In this document: one piece after another, positions 42,754 to 44,663 of the stretch
Position numbering within the stretch: position 1 is the stretch's first letter
Layout of the letters: each line of letters opens with the position of its first letter
Virus record (IMG/VR): IMGVR_UViG_3300036987_000028
Span: 1 to 44,663 of that record
DNA length: 44,663 nt
DNA from: a virus
Taxonomy: Duplodnaviria > Caudoviricetes
Reading direction: 5' to 3' (one strand)
Made by a program: the position numbers and the translations under genes
The notes under the pieces: generated by a model
Told to the model about the DNA's origin: nothing
What the model saw: only the letters and a program-made list of their open reading frames with translations
Database searches by the model: none

Positions 42754-43824
42754 ATGCAGACACAGACCCTCACGAAAGGCGTCCGACCTCACGGCAATGG
42801 CTTCATTGCGGAGCCGATGTTCAAGGGGCGGCGTCACCGTCACATCTTCAAGACCGAGCTATCGGCCGCCGAGTGGCTACTGAAGGCTCGGGACGCCGAC
42901 AAGCGCGGCTTGCCGATCCCCGTGCCAGCGGAGACGCTGGTAGCGGCCAAGATCAGCACAGCGAAGGAAGTGGTGGACCACACCTTCAAGATGCGATGGG
43001 CTTCGCAGAAGTCCGCGGATCACACGCTCATGTGCGCCATGTGCTTCGTGCGTTGGGTAGGCCCCAGCGTCCCGGCTAGCGAGGCGTTCACGACGGAGAA
43101 GGTTCACGACTACGTTGCGGTCATGATGGCCGAGCGTAAGAGCGGCAGCACGATCAATCGCCACCTTGCCCGTATCTCGGCTATGGCGAAGATGGCCAAG
43201 GCTCTGAAGCTCATCGCGGACCTACCGCACCTTCCCCGTCAGAAGGAAGGTATGCACCGCATCCGCTACTATGAGCACCACGAGGAAGAGGAAATCCACG
43301 CCAAGCTCCGCGAGTGGGGCTTTGACGATTGGGTAGACTACTTCATCTTCCTCGCCGATATGGGAACCCGCCCCAGCGAGGCCGCTCGCTTCGACTGGCG
43401 CGACTACCGTAACGGCGTCTGTCACTTTGCACAGACGAAGAACGACCTAGCGCGGTCGCTGAAGCCTACGACCCGAGTGGTCGAAGCGCTCAAGCGGCAG
43501 CGAGCCCGCCACCACAACGCTCCCGGCCCGTTCGCTTGGGTTACGCCGCGGGAGGCGCGGACACTGTGGGACCGCCTACGCACTCACATCAAGTGGCTTG
43601 GTCCCGATACCGTCATGTATACGTTCCGGCATACTTGCGCTTCACGGCTCACGATTGCCGGTGTAGACCTCAACCGCATCAAGACGTGGATGGGGCACAA
43701 GACGATCATCACGACGCTCAAGTACGCCCATCTTGCGCCGAGCAGCATGGACGCGGGAACGGACGCCCTGGAGGCGTTCCAATCCCTAAACCGTAAGGCA
43801 CCTGAAGGGGAGTTGGTCACTTGA
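42754..43824 (+). CDS. int: Tyrosine recombinase / phage integrase
   Basis: STINRHL, MGTRPSE (R), TKN (K), YTFRHT, MGHK, KYAH (Y); near attR. Confidence 0.96.
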   Translation: MQTQTLTKGVRPHGNGFIAEPMFKGRRHRHIFKTELSAAEWLLKARDADKRGLPIPVPAETLVAAKISTAKEVVDHTFKMRWASQKSADHTLMCAMCFVRWVGPSVPASEAFTTEKVHDYVAVMMAERKSGSTINRHLARISAMAKMAKALKLIADLPHLPRQKEGMHRIRYYEHHEEEEIHAKLREWGFDDWVDYFIFLADMGTRPSEAARFDWRDYRNGVCHFAQTKNDLARSLKPTTRVVEALKRQRARHHNAPGPFAWVTPREARTLWDRLRTHIKWLGPDTVMYTFRHTCASRLTIAGVDLNRIKTWMGHKTIITTLKYAHLAPSSMDAGTDALEAFQSLNRKAPEGELVT

Positions 43825-43991
43825 TTGGAACCGGGTTCGGCGTGATCGCCGTTATGGTGTGCCTCTATATCGACAGCCGATTGGAGGGCCGAGCCCGGTC
43901 CCGTTTTCGTTGGTATCTTGGGGGCGGCTACGCCGTCCTCGTTTGTGCATTTATGGCCTTCGTCCTCGTGGGCCACGTCTACAAGCTTTAA
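43821..43991 (+). CDS. Small two-TM membrane protein (56 aa, TTG start)
   Basis: GGGGAG RBS, TTGA overlap with int. Confidence 0.6.
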   Translation: MIGTGFGVIAVMVCLYIDSRLEGRARSRFRWYLGGGYAVLVCAFMAFVLVGHVYKL

Positions 43992-44014
43992 TGTGCGCTC
44001 TCTCGCACACAACT

Positions 44015-44050
44015 GGCCCCCTCGGCGAAAGCCCTGGGGGCCTTCTTTTT
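44015..44050 (+). terminator. Intrinsic terminator
   Basis: GGCCCCC-TC-GGC-GAAA-GCC-CT-GGGGGCC-TTCTTTTT. Confidence 0.75.
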
Positions 44051-44070
44051 AGGAGCAGCAGAGAGGCACC

Positions 44071-44265
44071 ATGAAATACATTCTCATCCTGTACGTCTTG
44101 GCGAACCAAGGGCCCACCACCTTGTCGGAAGAGTTCAACAACAAGGACGCTTGCGAGACAGCCCGTGTGGCGGTTCTCAGCTCGGCTTCGACCGAGTGGG
44201 GCGTGTGGAAGGTGGACGCCTTCTGCGTAGCCAAGGGCATCGACAGCAACGGCCGTATCAACTGA
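44071..44265 (+). CDS. Small hypothetical protein (64 aa)
   Basis: GAGG RBS; hydrophobic N-terminus, EF....AC..A...AFCV. Confidence 0.7.
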   Translation: MKYILILYVLANQGPTTLSEEFNNKDACETARVAVLSSASTEWGVWKVDAFCVAKGIDSNGRIN

Positions 44266-44343
44266 AATCTAATGCGGACGGCCGCGAGACGAGACCTTCC
44301 ATGCCAGTGGCAATCGCTGTAGCAATGCGGGGAAAACCGGCTC

Positions 44344-44431
44344 GTGGGCGTGGCGGAATAGGTAGACGCAAGGGGCTTAAAACCCCTCGTGCTTCAAGCA
44401 CTTGCCGGTTCGATCCCGGCCGCCCACACCA
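44344..44431 (+). tRNA. Phage-encoded tRNA-Leu(UAA), complete, with CCA
   Basis: Acceptor GTGGGCG/CGCCCAC-A-CCA, anticodon AGGGG-CTTAAAA-CCCCT, long variable arm GTGCT/AGCAC, T arm GCCGG-TTCGATC-CCGGC. Confidence 0.95.
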
Positions 44432-44442
44432 TCCGTGCTTCA

Positions 44443-44451
44443 GACTTAAAA
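44443..44451 (+). repeat. attR core GACTTAAAA
   Basis: Identical to 118-126. Confidence 0.9.
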
Positions 44452-44501
44452 TCCCTTGTCCCTCACGGGACGTGCCGGTTCGAGTCCGGCCGCCCGCACC
44501 A
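44452..44501 (+). pseudogene. 3' half of host tRNA-Leu(UAA)
   Basis: TCCCT pairs with AGGGA at 115-119; variable arm GTCCC/GGGAC; T arm; CGCCCGC-A-CCA pairs with 89-95. Confidence 0.93.
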
Positions 44502-44514
44502 AGCCACACGTAGC

Positions 44515-44663
44515 TCAGTCCGGCAGACCGAACACCATCAGCGCGTCGCCCTGCCGGAAGCCCCAGATCTGGCTGCCGCCGGCTGCCACGGCGACATACT
44601 GGCGCCCGTCGATCTCGTAGCTCACCGGCGGCGCGTTGACGCCCGCCCCGCAGTTGAAGCTCC
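44515..44663 (-). CDS. Host PQQ-dependent dehydrogenase (alcohol/methanol type), C-terminal fragment
   Basis: Reverse translation SFNCGAGVNAPPVSYEIDGRQYVAVAAGG...GDALMVFGLPD*. Confidence 0.85.
   Translation of the reverse strand, partial: SFNCGAGVNAPPVSYEIDGRQYVAVAAGGSQIWGFRQGDALMVFGLPD

Larger units (their letters stand above)
118..44451 (+). mobile_element. Complete T7-like (Autographiviridae-type) prophage, ~44.3 kb, integrated in tRNA-Leu(UAA)
   Basis: Direct 9-bp core GACTTAAAA at both ends, tyrosine integrase near attR, T7-like gene set and order from RNAP to terminase, host gene resumes after 44501. Confidence 0.96.

Overview
The window is essentially one complete ~44.3 kb T7-like (Autographiviridae-type) prophage, with every recognisable phage gene on the + strand. 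It is integrated in the anticodon loop of a host tRNA-Leu(UAA) gene, with a 9-bp core GACTTAAAA at 118-126 and 44443-44451. The host is GC-rich and probably alphaproteobacterial (inference). Integration splits the host tRNA, and the phage carries its own complete tRNA-Leu(UAA) just inside attR. Gene order: single-subunit RNA polymerase; DNA metabolism (SSB, endonuclease I, primase-helicase, HD hydrolase, DNA polymerase A, exonuclease); portal, scaffold, a displaced lysis trio, a tRNA-like element, major capsid, tail tubes, internal virion proteins (including an extra amidase+3D protein and a TIGR02594-type peptidase), tail fibre, terminase; putative genome-end region; early region; MarR-like regulator; tyrosine integrase. 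The most unusual part is the early region (37.65-41.8 kb). A sigma70-like promoter drives a ~340-nt structured non-coding leader, followed by 11 single-gene cassettes built as [CTGAGAGAGC box - ATG - small ORF - conserved 32-34 nt GNRA-loop terminator-like hairpin - variable small hairpin]. The repeats show compensatory changes and mosaic combinations. Sequences complementary to the box lie in the leader and in two hairpin loops elsewhere (15.09 kb, 44.0 kb), and the leader also has a segment complementary to the terminator arm. This suggests a shuffleable cassette array under RNA-level control, which is an untested hypothesis. All calls are by eye; no searches or folding programs were run.
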